Assembly (NCBI GenBank): GCA_013151445.1 | Contig: JAADIG010000136.1 | Coordinates: 6,383 to 70,382 of the forward strand | Reading direction: 5' to 3' | Length of the DNA stretch: 64,000 nt | From: Actinomycetota bacterium | GTDB taxonomy: Bacteria > Actinomycetota > Acidimicrobiia > Spongiisociales > UBA5794 | Shown: piece after piece, positions 19,937 through 28,846 of the stretch | How the letters are laid out: every line of letters begins with the position of its first letter | Position numbering within the stretch: the first letter of the stretch is position 1 | Notes under the pieces: generated by a model | Database searches by the model: none | The model's input: the letters and a program-made list of their open reading frames with translations, nothing else | Told to the model about the DNA's origin: nothing | Position numbers and translations under genes: made by a program

Positions 19937-21705
19937 GAGACACAAAGGCCGGTCGACTTCGAGCGGCAGACATCGGACGAACGGTGCGTATCGCAGGATG
20001 GATAGCGCGTCGGCGTGACCATGGCGGAGTCACTTTCATCGACGTGCGCGACGCGAGCGGAATCGTTCAGGTCGTACTCAACCCGGAGTCGGCGCCCGCA
20101 AGCGACGATGTTCTCCATGGGCTGCGCTCGGAGTACTGCATCGCGGTCGAGGGCACCGTCGTACCGCGACCCGAGGGGACCACGAACCCGGACCTTCCAA
20201 CGGGTGAGGTAGATCTGGTTGCGTCATCGTTGACGGTGCTCAGTGCCGCCGACCCGTTGCCGTTTCAGATCACCGACCGGGTCGACGTTGATGAGGCGAA
20301 ACGGCTTGAGTACCGGTACCTTGATCTCCGTCGGGACAAGATGGCGGCCAACCTGCGCGCACGATCACGCGCTGTGCGGGCAATGCGTCGGGTGCTCGAA
20401 ACCGATGACTTTCTTGAAGTCGAGACACCGACACTCATCGCGTCGACACCCGAGGGTGCCCGCGACATGCTGGTCCCGTCCCGAATGCGGCAGGGTCATT
20501 TCTACGCCCTTCCACAATCGCCACAGCTGTTCAAGCAGATGCTGATGGTCGCTGGTGTCGAACGCTACTACCAAGTTGCCCGCTGCTACCGCGACGAGGA
20601 TTTGCGCGCTGATCGTCAACTGGAGTTCACCCAGCTGGACTTTGAAGGGTCCTTCTGGGGGCAGGAAGACGTCTTGGAGACTCTTGAGAACGTCGTGTGC
20701 GAGGTTGTCAAAGACGTGAGGGGAATCGAGCTGTCGAGGCCGTTCGCCCGTCTGACGTACGAAGAATCGATGGAGCGGTACGGTACGGACAAGCCGGACA
20801 CGCGTTTTGCGATGGAGATTACGGACCTCTCAAGTGTGTTTGGTGGTACCGCGTTCAAGGCGTTCGCAGGTGTCCTTGAGAGTGGGGGAACCATCCGGGG
20901 GATCAATGCCGGCGCTCTCGGTCTGGCTCGGTCTGGCCTGGACGCCCAGGTGGATCGGGCGATCAGTCTTGGCGCCAAGGGGCTTGTCTGGATGGTCGTG
21001 CAGGAGGACGGTTCCCTGCGTTCCCCGGTCGCCAAGTTTCTCTCCGAGGATGAGATTGGTGGCATCAAATCCTCTCTCGATGCTGGCGCCGACGATGTGC
21101 TGCTGATCGTTGCCGACTCCCCGAAAGTCGTCGGCAAGGTGCTCGGGAATCTCCGTCTTGACCACGGGCAGCCCGAGGGTCACGAGGACCTGAATTTCCT
21201 GTTCGTCGTCGATTTCCCCGTGTTTGATGAAACCGACGAGGGTGGACTCGTGGCCGCTCACCATCCCTTTACCTCTCCGCACTCGGTGACCGAGATGCGC
21301 GACAACCCGAAAGCGGCGTTGTCGAACGCCTATGACATGGTGCTCAACGGTGTTGAACTTGGCTCCGGGAGTGTGCGGATTCACGATCCCGTCGTACAGC
21401 AGCAGGTTTTCGAGGTTCTCGGTATATCGGAGGAGGAGGCCGATCTACGTTTCGGATGGTTCGTGCGGGCCCTTCGGTTCGGGACACCGCCCCATGCCGG
21501 ATTTGCGATCGGGGTTGACCGGTTCGTTTCGATCCTCCAGAACGAACCCAACATCCGTGAGGTCATCCCGTTCCCAAAGACGCAGACGGGCGGCGATCCC
21601 CTGACCGGGTCACCGGTGATCGTCGACGAAATTCAGCTAGAAGAACTCGGCATTCTCATCACCCCTGCCGTACGAGCTTCCTTGGCCGACGACGCGGAAC
21701 TCTAA
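19918..21705 (+). CDS. aspS: Aspartate--tRNA ligase
   Basis: 595-aa ORF with an OB-fold N-terminus (RIAGWIARRRDHGGVTFIDVRD), FYALPQSPQLFKQ, QVARCYRDEDLRADRQ and GTPPHAGFAIGVDR. Confidence 0.95.
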   Translation: MVNQPLRDTKAGRLRAADIGRTVRIAGWIARRRDHGGVTFIDVRDASGIVQVVLNPESAPASDDVLHGLRSEYCIAVEGTVVPRPEGTTNPDLPTGEVDLVASSLTVLSAADPLPFQITDRVDVDEAKRLEYRYLDLRRDKMAANLRARSRAVRAMRRVLETDDFLEVETPTLIASTPEGARDMLVPSRMRQGHFYALPQSPQLFKQMLMVAGVERYYQVARCYRDEDLRADRQLEFTQLDFEGSFWGQEDVLETLENVVCEVVKDVRGIELSRPFARLTYEESMERYGTDKPDTRFAMEITDLSSVFGGTAFKAFAGVLESGGTIRGINAGALGLARSGLDAQVDRAISLGAKGLVWMVVQEDGSLRSPVAKFLSEDEIGGIKSSLDAGADDVLLIVADSPKVVGKVLGNLRLDHGQPEGHEDLNFLFVVDFPVFDETDEGGLVAAHHPFTSPHSVTEMRDNPKAALSNAYDMVLNGVELGSGSVRIHDPVVQQQVFEVLGISEEEADLRFGWFVRALRFGTPPHAGFAIGVDRFVSILQNEPNIREVIPFPKTQTGGDPLTGSPVIVDEIQLEELGILITPAVRASLADDAEL

Positions 21706-21866
21706 ATACCGCCACCCGACGAAGCGGTCTGGGATCCCACCCGATGGGAGAGGAACAGTCCTTTTTGGACTACGGCCACGCATAGTGTTCGGAAATATCT
21801 GGACGAGTGGCCATATACCCGTTAATATTTTACTGTTCATTAATACCAAGCGCGTGGGGTGAAGAT

Positions 21867-22055
21867 ATGAATAGTGATGGATGGGAATCCGTCGATCGGG
21901 CAGTACGGCAGAGGTCGTTGTTCGGTTTGACCTGCCCGAATTGTGACCAACCGCTCTCGGCGAATCCGGTGAACCTGGATGACGACGATCGGGCGGGTTC
22001 GTATGCTTTGACCTGCCCTGCAGGACATTCCCACATCGTGGCAATGTCGACATAG
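21867..22055 (+). CDS. Small hypothetical zinc-ribbon-like protein (62 aa)
   Basis: ATG 21867 is preceded by GGGGTGAAG. The product contains CPNC...CPAGHSH spaced like a zinc ribbon, and the gene sits just downstream of a locally AT-rich stretch. No family was recognised. Confidence 0.35.
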   Translation: MNSDGWESVDRAVRQRSLFGLTCPNCDQPLSANPVNLDDDDRAGSYALTCPAGHSHIVAMST

Positions 22056-22119
22056 AGTAATCGACGATCGTTCTTGCTCTCCTGCTTGAGAGACGGACGG
22101 AGTCGGCTAGCGTTGCCGC

Positions 22120-23463
22120 ATGGATCTGTTCGCCGAGCAACGACAAGCGAAACGGCTGAGCGTCGCGCCACTTGCTGCGCGTATGAGGCCGCGTAGCCTC
22201 GAAGACGTTGCGGGACAACAGCACCTGTTGGGTCCCGACGCATCCTTCCGGGCGCTCGTGACATCCGGTAGCCCTGTTTCAATGATCTTGTGGGGTCCGC
22301 CGGGTACCGGTAAGACGACCCTCGCCCGTCTCGTGGCGAAATACGCCGACGCACGTTTTGTGCAGCTCTCCGCCACCTCAGCCGGGGTGAAGGATGTGCG
22401 GGAAGTTCTCGCCACCGCACTACAGCGAATCGACGATGATCAGGGGCGCACGCTGCTGTTCATTGACGAGATTCATCGTTTCTCGAAATCGCAGCAGGAT
22501 GCTCTGCTGCCGGGTGTGGAGGATGGCATCGTCGTTCTCGTCGGCGCAACCACGGAGAATCCGTTCTTTGAAGTGAACGCCCCTCTCATCTCCCGAGCAA
22601 CACTGTTTCAGACGAAACCGTTGAGTCCCGACGAAGTTGGAGGGCTCCTCGATCGCGCGGTTGCGGACACCTCGCGAGGTCTAGGTGGTGCGGTCACGCT
22701 GTCCGCCGGTGGGCGTGACATGCTCGCCGAACGTGTCGGCGGTGACGCTCGCCTCGCACTGACGACACTCGACGTCGCCGCCAAGATCGCCGCACATCGG
22801 GACACGGAGATCGATGAGGCTGCCGTCACCGAAGCTCTGCAACGTCGTGTTGTTCGTTACGACAAAACCGGTGACCGGCACTACGACATTATCTCCGCGT
22901 ACATTAAGAGTCTGCGTGGCTCGGATCCGGATGCGGCGATGTACTGGCTGTCGACGATGATCGCAGCGGGGGAGGACCCGAAGTTTCTTGCTCGACGGCT
23001 TATTGTGTTTGCCAGCGAGGACATCGGTCTCGCGGACAGCCGTGCGCTGACAGTCGCGACCGACTGTTTTTCCGCCGTGGAACGAGTTGGGTACCCGGAA
23101 TGCGAGTTTGCGCTCTCGCATGCGACGTTATTCCTGGCGTTAGCTCCCAAGTCGAACTCGGTGAAGACGGCGATGGTTGCTGCTCGAGAACTCGTCGAGA
23201 ACTCGCCATCGGCGGAAGTGCCACCGCACCTGCGCAACGCCGCTGTCCCCGGTCTGGCGGAACTTGGTCACGGAGTCGACTACATCTATCCGCATCTCGC
23301 CAGGGGCAGCATCGTCGCTCAAACCTACCTTCCACCGGAAATCGCTTCCGCAATCGTCTATCACCCTCGATCACAAGGTGCCGAGCAACGCCACGCTGAC
23401 TGGCTTGAAGAAGTCGACAATGTCCTCGGCAAGTCGCCTCGACCGATGGGTGACGAAACCTGA
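22120..23463 (+). CDS. rarA: Replication-associated recombination protein A (MgsA/RarA AAA+ ATPase)
   Basis: [47 protein letters not shown] and the MgsA C-terminal domain ([18 protein letters not shown]) are present. Confidence 0.93.
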   Translation: MDLFAEQRQAKRLSVAPLAARMRPRSLEDVAGQQHLLGPDASFRALVTSGSPVSMILWGPPGTGKTTLARLVAKYADARFVQLSATSAGVKDVREVLATALQRIDDDQGRTLLFIDEIHRFSKSQQDALLPGVEDGIVVLVGATTENPFFEVNAPLISRATLFQTKPLSPDEVGGLLDRAVADTSRGLGGAVTLSAGGRDMLAERVGGDARLALTTLDVAAKIAAHRDTEIDEAAVTEALQRRVVRYDKTGDRHYDIISAYIKSLRGSDPDAAMYWLSTMIAAGEDPKFLARRLIVFASEDIGLADSRALTVATDCFSAVERVGYPECEFALSHATLFLALAPKSNSVKTAMVAARELVENSPSAEVPPHLRNAAVPGLAELGHGVDYIYPHLARGSIVAQTYLPPEIASAIVYHPRSQGAEQRHADWLEEVDNVLGKSPRPMGDET

Positions 23464-23515
23464 CGGCCCTGGGGGCGTTGGTTTCGGGTCACCGCAACCG
23501 ACTACATTGTGGAAT

Positions 23516-23716
23516 ATGTTTATGCGTCTTCGATGGTTCATACTTGGCATTGTTACCGCCGTGGGTGGTGGGGTAGTCGCCGCTGCCAAGTTGCGTCGTG
23601 CCCGCGAAGCATTAAACGCACCAAATGCCGCGAGGATTGGTGCCCGCGGCGTTGCTGGCATCATCGACCGAGTAGCGAACAGTGTGAGTCCCGCAAAACC
23701 TGACCGCCAGGCCTGA
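23516..23716 (+). CDS. Small hypothetical membrane protein (66 aa)
   Basis: The only evidence is one predicted TM helix (WFILGIVTAVGGGVVAAA) in the rarA-alaS gap. There is no clear SD and the start is uncertain (TTG 23507 is possible). Confidence 0.3.
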   Translation: MFMRLRWFILGIVTAVGGGVVAAAKLRRAREALNAPNAARIGARGVAGIIDRVANSVSPAKPDRQA

Positions 23717-23736
23717 GCGACTACTCTCCACTCCCC

Positions 23737-26361
23737 ATGCAGATACAGCAGATTCGCACAACATTTCTTGACTTCTTCGAGGAGCGCGGACACACAGTGG
23801 TCCCCTCGGCTTCTCTTATTCCGATCGACCCCACCTTGCTGCTTACCGTGGCGGGGATGGTGCCGTTCAAGCCGTACCTGCTCGGAGAGGAGCCGGCCCC
23901 TTATCCGCGCGCAACCTCGGTGCAGAAATGTATCAGGACGGGAGATATCGACATTGTCGGGACCACCGCCCGCCATATGACATTCTTTGAGATGCTGGGG
24001 AGCTTCTCGTTTGGGGACTACTTCAAGAAAGAGGCGTGCCGATACGCCTTTGATCTGATGACCGACGGTTTCGGCTTCGATCCGGAACGGCTTTGGTACA
24101 CCGTGCACGAGACTGATGACGACGCCGCGGAGATTTGGATCGATGAGATCGGTGTCCCGGCCGAGCGCGTACAGCGAGGTGGCAAGGACAACTTCTGGCA
24201 GATGGGTGTGGCGGGTCCCTGTGGCCCTTCCTCGGAGATCTTTTATGACCGTGGCGAGCGGTACGGGCACGGTGGTGGGGCGATAGGCGGCGATGAGGAT
24301 CGTTTCGTCGAGATTTGGAACCTGGTCTTCATGGCTCATATCCAGGATGTTCCGTACAACATTGTCGGTGATTTGCCGGCAAGGAATATTGATACCGGCG
24401 CTGGCCTCGAGCGTATCGGAATGGTGCTCCAGGGGACCGAGACACTGTTCGAAACCGACGAAGTGCGCACCATCATCGCCGCCGCGGAGAAGACGACACA
24501 GACAAAGTTCGGTGCAAGCTCCGGGGCCGACGTGAGTCTGAAGATCCTGGCGGACCACGGTAGGGCAGTGACTCACCTGATCAACGACAAGGTGGTTCCA
24601 TCAAACGAGGGCCGTGGTTACATCCTGCGCCGCCTCCTTCGGCGAGCCGTCCGTCACGGCTACACACTCGGTTCGACTGACCTGGTTATTCCCACAATGG
24701 TCGATGCAACGATCGACGCCATGGGTGAGGCCTATCCATCGCTGATCGAGAACCGGGACTCGATTCTGACTCTGGCGGAACGCGAAGAGGTGCAGTTCCG
24801 CAAGACACTTGAGGCAGGGAATCAACTGCTCGACGCCGAACTGACAACCCTTGATGAAGGCGGGACATTCTCCGGGGGAATTGCGTTCAAGCTGCACGAC
24901 ACCTTCGGTTTCCCCGTCGAACTCACGCAAGAAATCCTTGCGGAAAGGGGTATCGGGCTGGATCGCGCCGAATTCGATGTCGAGATGGATGCACAGCGTG
25001 AACGCGCCCGGGCGGCCTTCAAAGGGGCAGGGGCGGCGGACGCCGCCGACCTGTATCGCACACTTCTTCGAGGCGTTGACCCCACCGAGTTCGTTGGATA
25101 CAGCGACGAGACCGGGACCGCGACGATGCTTGCCATCCTGCGCGAGGGCGAATCGGTTGCCCGCGCCGAGAGGGGTCAGGACATCGAGATGTTCCTCGAT
25201 AAGACACCGTTCTATGCCGAGGCGGGTGGGCAGATGGGTGACACCGGAACGTTGACCACGCCGACGGGCACCGTTGTGGTGAGTGACACTCAGCACGCCC
25301 TGCAAGGTCTTCATGGACACCGGGGGACGGTAACGACAGGGTACGTTCAGGCGGGCCAGGAAGTAACGGCCGTGATCGACCACAAACGTCGCGAGTATCT
25401 GCGCAAGAATCACACCGGAACTCATTTGCTCCACGCCGCACTCCGAGACGTCGTTGGTGACCATGTGCAGCAGGCCGGTTCGCTGGTGGCTCCCGACAGG
25501 CTCCGCTTCGACTTCAACCACTACAGCGCCGTCCCCCTAGAGGAGCTGCGCGAGGTAGAGCTACTCGTCAATGAGCAGGTCATCGATAACTCCGCGGTCG
25601 ATACGGTGGTGACATCAAAGACCGAAGCCGAGCAGATGGGCGCCATCGCTTTTTTCGGAGACAAGTACGGTGACGAGGTCCGCGTCGTGAAGACCGGGTC
25701 CTTTTCGACCGAGTTCTGCGGTGGCACACACGTCTCTTCCACAGGGCAGGTCGGACCCTTGTTGCTCATCAGCGAGGGTTCGGTCGGATCCAACGTGCGG
25801 CGTGTTGAGGCCCTCACCGGTGTGCGCGCCTACGAACACCTCGTTGGTTTGCGCCGCGAGTTGGAGGGCGTAGCCGCCGAACTTCGAGTCCAGCCCGGCA
25901 ACGTGCTTGCCGCGGCGCGCGATCTCAACAGTCGCATGGCGGACCGGGAGGCTCGTATTGCGCAATTCGAAGCGCAGACCCGCACGGAGACCGCATCCAC
26001 TCTTGCCGACGGTGTCGAGACTATCAAGGGGGCGAGCCTGCTTGTGGTTGGACAGGACGACGCCGACGCTGGCGAACTCCGAGCCCTCGCCTATCAGTTG
26101 CGTGACCAAATCGGGACCGGGGTGGCCATCGTCGGATCCGTCAACGCGGGTAAGGGAGTCCTGGTCGGCATTGTCTCGGACGACCTGCTCGCCGACGGGA
26201 TCTCGGCCGGCGACTTCGTCGGCCCCGCGGCCCAGATCCTCGGCGGTGGGGGTTCGCGCGACCCTCAACTCAGCCAAGCGGGGGGACCGAACGGTGACCG
26301 CATGGCCGAAGCGTTAGAGAAGGCACGCAGTCTGGCGCACGACGCGTTAGCTAGCCGGTGA
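23737..26361 (+). CDS. alaS: Alanine--tRNA ligase
   Basis: 874-aa ORF with FLDFFEERGH, the FFEMLGSFSFGDYFK motif, the editing-domain HTGTHLLH and a C-terminal DHHA1 domain. Confidence 0.97.
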   Translation: MQIQQIRTTFLDFFEERGHTVVPSASLIPIDPTLLLTVAGMVPFKPYLLGEEPAPYPRATSVQKCIRTGDIDIVGTTARHMTFFEMLGSFSFGDYFKKEACRYAFDLMTDGFGFDPERLWYTVHETDDDAAEIWIDEIGVPAERVQRGGKDNFWQMGVAGPCGPSSEIFYDRGERYGHGGGAIGGDEDRFVEIWNLVFMAHIQDVPYNIVGDLPARNIDTGAGLERIGMVLQGTETLFETDEVRTIIAAAEKTTQTKFGASSGADVSLKILADHGRAVTHLINDKVVPSNEGRGYILRRLLRRAVRHGYTLGSTDLVIPTMVDATIDAMGEAYPSLIENRDSILTLAEREEVQFRKTLEAGNQLLDAELTTLDEGGTFSGGIAFKLHDTFGFPVELTQEILAERGIGLDRAEFDVEMDAQRERARAAFKGAGAADAADLYRTLLRGVDPTEFVGYSDETGTATMLAILREGESVARAERGQDIEMFLDKTPFYAEAGGQMGDTGTLTTPTGTVVVSDTQHALQGLHGHRGTVTTGYVQAGQEVTAVIDHKRREYLRKNHTGTHLLHAALRDVVGDHVQQAGSLVAPDRLRFDFNHYSAVPLEELREVELLVNEQVIDNSAVDTVVTSKTEAEQMGAIAFFGDKYGDEVRVVKTGSFSTEFCGGTHVSSTGQVGPLLLISEGSVGSNVRRVEALTGVRAYEHLVGLRRELEGVAAELRVQPGNVLAAARDLNSRMADREARIAQFEAQTRTETASTLADGVETIKGASLLVVGQDDADAGELRALAYQLRDQIGTGVAIVGSVNAGKGVLVGIVSDDLLADGISAGDFVGPAAQILGGGGSRDPQLSQAGGPNGDRMAEALEKARSLAHDALASR

Positions 26362-26786
26362 CCGACGGGCGCATACTCGGTGTCGATCCCGGCGAACGCA
26401 GGATAGGCATCGCGTTATCCGACCGTGCCGGTATCATCGCGTCACCGCATGGAGTTATCGACACCAAACAGCATGACTTTGCGTCCCGCATTCGGGCGAT
26501 CTGCGCCGAAAACGACGTGGTGCTCATCGTCGTGGGGCGCCCGACATCGCTTTCGGGGTACGAGGGTCCGGCGGTCGACCGGGCAAAACGGATCGCCGCA
26601 CAAGCCCACAAAGCGACGGGGTTGCCCATCGAGTTCGTGGACGAGCGATTCACCACGAAACAGGCTGAACGGGCTCTCCTTGAGGGCAACGTCCGCAGAG
26701 CAGAGCGTAAGAAGATCATCGACAAGGTCGCCGCAAGTTTGATACTTCAGACCTACCTCGACAGACCAACGAGACACACACAATGA
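26358..26786 (+). CDS. ruvX: Putative pre-16S rRNA nuclease / Holliday junction resolvase-like YqgF
   Basis: ILGVDPGERRIGIALSD is the YqgF motif. The product is 142 aa and the start overlaps the alaS stop. Confidence 0.9.
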   Translation: MTDGRILGVDPGERRIGIALSDRAGIIASPHGVIDTKQHDFASRIRAICAENDVVLIVVGRPTSLSGYEGPAVDRAKRIAAQAHKATGLPIEFVDERFTTKQAERALLEGNVRRAERKKIIDKVAASLILQTYLDRPTRHTQ

Positions 26787-27919
26787 ACGAACAGTATTAC
26801 GTCGCCGAGCAAGAGCCCGAGCCACCAAACGGCACACCCTGGTGGCTGCCATGGCTCCTGCGAGCCGTCGGTGCCGCACTTGTAGTGGGCATCCTTGTCA
26901 TCGGTTGGGGTGTGTTGCGCAACAAGATCGAGGGCTGGGCAGACTCTGTCGGTGTCGCTGCCGGCGAGTCCGAAGTCGTGCTTGGAACCCCGGTGGAGTT
27001 CTCGATTCCCGATGGCGCTTCCGCGCGATCGATCTCGAAGATTCTCCGCGACACCGGCGTCATTACCGACGCCCGCAAGTTCGAGAAAACCGTTACCGAG
27101 AGCGGTGTGGCGAGCCAACTACGTGCGGGTGAGTACACACTTCCAGCGGGCTCATCGTTCGACGATGTAGTGGCTTTGTTGATCAAGGGTCCTCCCGGCA
27201 AGGACGTCTTTCGCCTGACAGTCATCGAGGGTCTGCGGATCGAACAGATGCTCGGATCCGTCGCAGAGGCGTCGGGTCTCACCGTTGCGGAGTTGGAGAG
27301 CGCCCTGCTGTCGGGCGAAGTCACGTCCGAGTATCTCCCGGCTGGGATACCCGAGGGCTCGTCCCCGCTGGTCGCCTGGGAAGGACTGCTCGCACCCGAC
27401 ACTTACGAGTTTGTTGTCGGGGCGACCCCCACGGATATTCTGCAAACACTGGCGACCACGCTCGAAGGAAGAATCGATGCCCAGGACTGGTCGAAGCTCG
27501 AAGCCGCTGGTTTTACGCCGTACGACGGGCTCGTGATCGCGTCCCTCATCGAGAAGGAGGCGAAGCTCGAAGAAGACCGACCGCTGATAGCCAGTGTGAT
27601 CGAGAACCGCCTCGAGGCGGGTATCGCACTCCAGCTCGATGCGACAGTTATTTACGCCCTTGGTGAGAATCCGGGCCGGGTACTCAAGTCGGATCTGCAG
27701 ATTGATTCACCTTGGAACACGTATAAGGTCGCCGGGCTGCCGCCAACACCGATCTCGGGGGTGCGGCTGTCGTCGCTCGCTGCGGCCGCGAATCCTGCCG
27801 ACACGAACTTCTTCTACTACGTTGTCATCTCCGCCGACGGTAAACACGGGTTCTCCGAAACACTTGCCGAGCACAACGCCAAGGTCGACCAGGCCCGCAA
27901 GGACGGTATTCTGCCGTGA
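26783..27919 (+). CDS. mltG: Endolytic murein transglycosylase MltG (YceG-like)
   Basis: It has an N-terminal TM anchor and a YceG domain (ASLIEKEA, DATVIYA, SPWNTY...GLPPTPI). Synteny is alaS-ruvX-mltG-aroE. Confidence 0.9.
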   Translation: MNEQYYVAEQEPEPPNGTPWWLPWLLRAVGAALVVGILVIGWGVLRNKIEGWADSVGVAAGESEVVLGTPVEFSIPDGASARSISKILRDTGVITDARKFEKTVTESGVASQLRAGEYTLPAGSSFDDVVALLIKGPPGKDVFRLTVIEGLRIEQMLGSVAEASGLTVAELESALLSGEVTSEYLPAGIPEGSSPLVAWEGLLAPDTYEFVVGATPTDILQTLATTLEGRIDAQDWSKLEAAGFTPYDGLVIASLIEKEAKLEEDRPLIASVIENRLEAGIALQLDATVIYALGENPGRVLKSDLQIDSPWNTYKVAGLPPTPISGVRLSSLAAAANPADTNFFYYVVISADGKHGFSETLAEHNAKVDQARKDGILP

Positions 27920-28725
27920 GCGGTGACGGATTACGTCTGGGGATACTCGGGCGCCCGGCCACCCATTCGCTTTCACCGGCGATACACAACGCGGCTCTCA
28001 TCGCCATGGGAATCATGGGAACCTACGAGGCGTGGGATGTGGACGCCGAGGGAGCGCGGGTGCGTCTGGGAGAGATTCGGACGGGGCGTTTCGATGGGTG
28101 CAACGTGACGATGCCATACAAACGCCTGGCCTTCGATGTCGTCGACGAACGCTCAGACCTCGCCACCCGGACAGGGGCGGTCAACACGGTCACCCGAGCC
28201 GACCGTGTGCTGATCGGGCACAACACGGATGTCGCTGGCATTACCGGGGCATGGGCCCGCCGCAAACTACCGGATGAGGGCCCCGTCTTGATCCTTGGTG
28301 CGGGTGGGGCCGCTGCCGCGGCAGCCGTCGCGCTCAGCGACCGCGAAATCGTGGTTAGTGCTCGTTGCGAGGATGATGCAAACCGGCTGTTGGACACGAC
28401 CGCCACCGCAGGCAGGACCGTACCCTGGGGGACACCGATCGTGGGTGTCGTGGTTAACGCGACCCCCATCGGGATGAATGGAGAATGCCATGATCGAGGA
28501 CTGGTCGACAGTGCAACCGGGTGGTTCGAGATGGTGTATGCACACGGTGAGACGCCTGGTGAACGACAATCACGTACTGACGGCAAACCGGTTGTTTCGG
28601 GGACGGACATGCTTGTCTACCAGGCTATCGCGGCGTTCGAACTCTGGACCGGCAAGACACCGAACATCGAGGTGATGTTGCGGGCGCTGCGTGCGGAGGA
28701 GAGGCACCGCAGTGACCAACAGTAG
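27916..28725 (+). CDS. aroE: Shikimate dehydrogenase
   Basis: GILGRPATHSLSPAIHNAA, NVTMPYK, NTD..G and LGAGGAA (Rossmann fold) are present. The product is 269 aa. Confidence 0.9.
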   Translation: MSGDGLRLGILGRPATHSLSPAIHNAALIAMGIMGTYEAWDVDAEGARVRLGEIRTGRFDGCNVTMPYKRLAFDVVDERSDLATRTGAVNTVTRADRVLIGHNTDVAGITGAWARRKLPDEGPVLILGAGGAAAAAAVALSDREIVVSARCEDDANRLLDTTATAGRTVPWGTPIVGVVVNATPIGMNGECHDRGLVDSATGWFEMVYAHGETPGERQSRTDGKPVVSGTDMLVYQAIAAFELWTGKTPNIEVMLRALRAEERHRSDQQ

Positions 28726-28846
28726 GTTACGCCAGCATCCGTCGTAGACAACCCCTCAAGCCCCCCATCGGGGGTGCCGACAAATTCTCAGATGCCCACG
28801 TTATTCGTGGGTCCGGGAACGAGGTTGGAACCGAGGGAGAGAAGAC

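Noticed and set aside
23371-24576. 401-aa minus-strand ORF
   Set aside because: It is antisense to the rarA end and the alaS 5' half. alaS motifs on the + strand are unambiguous.
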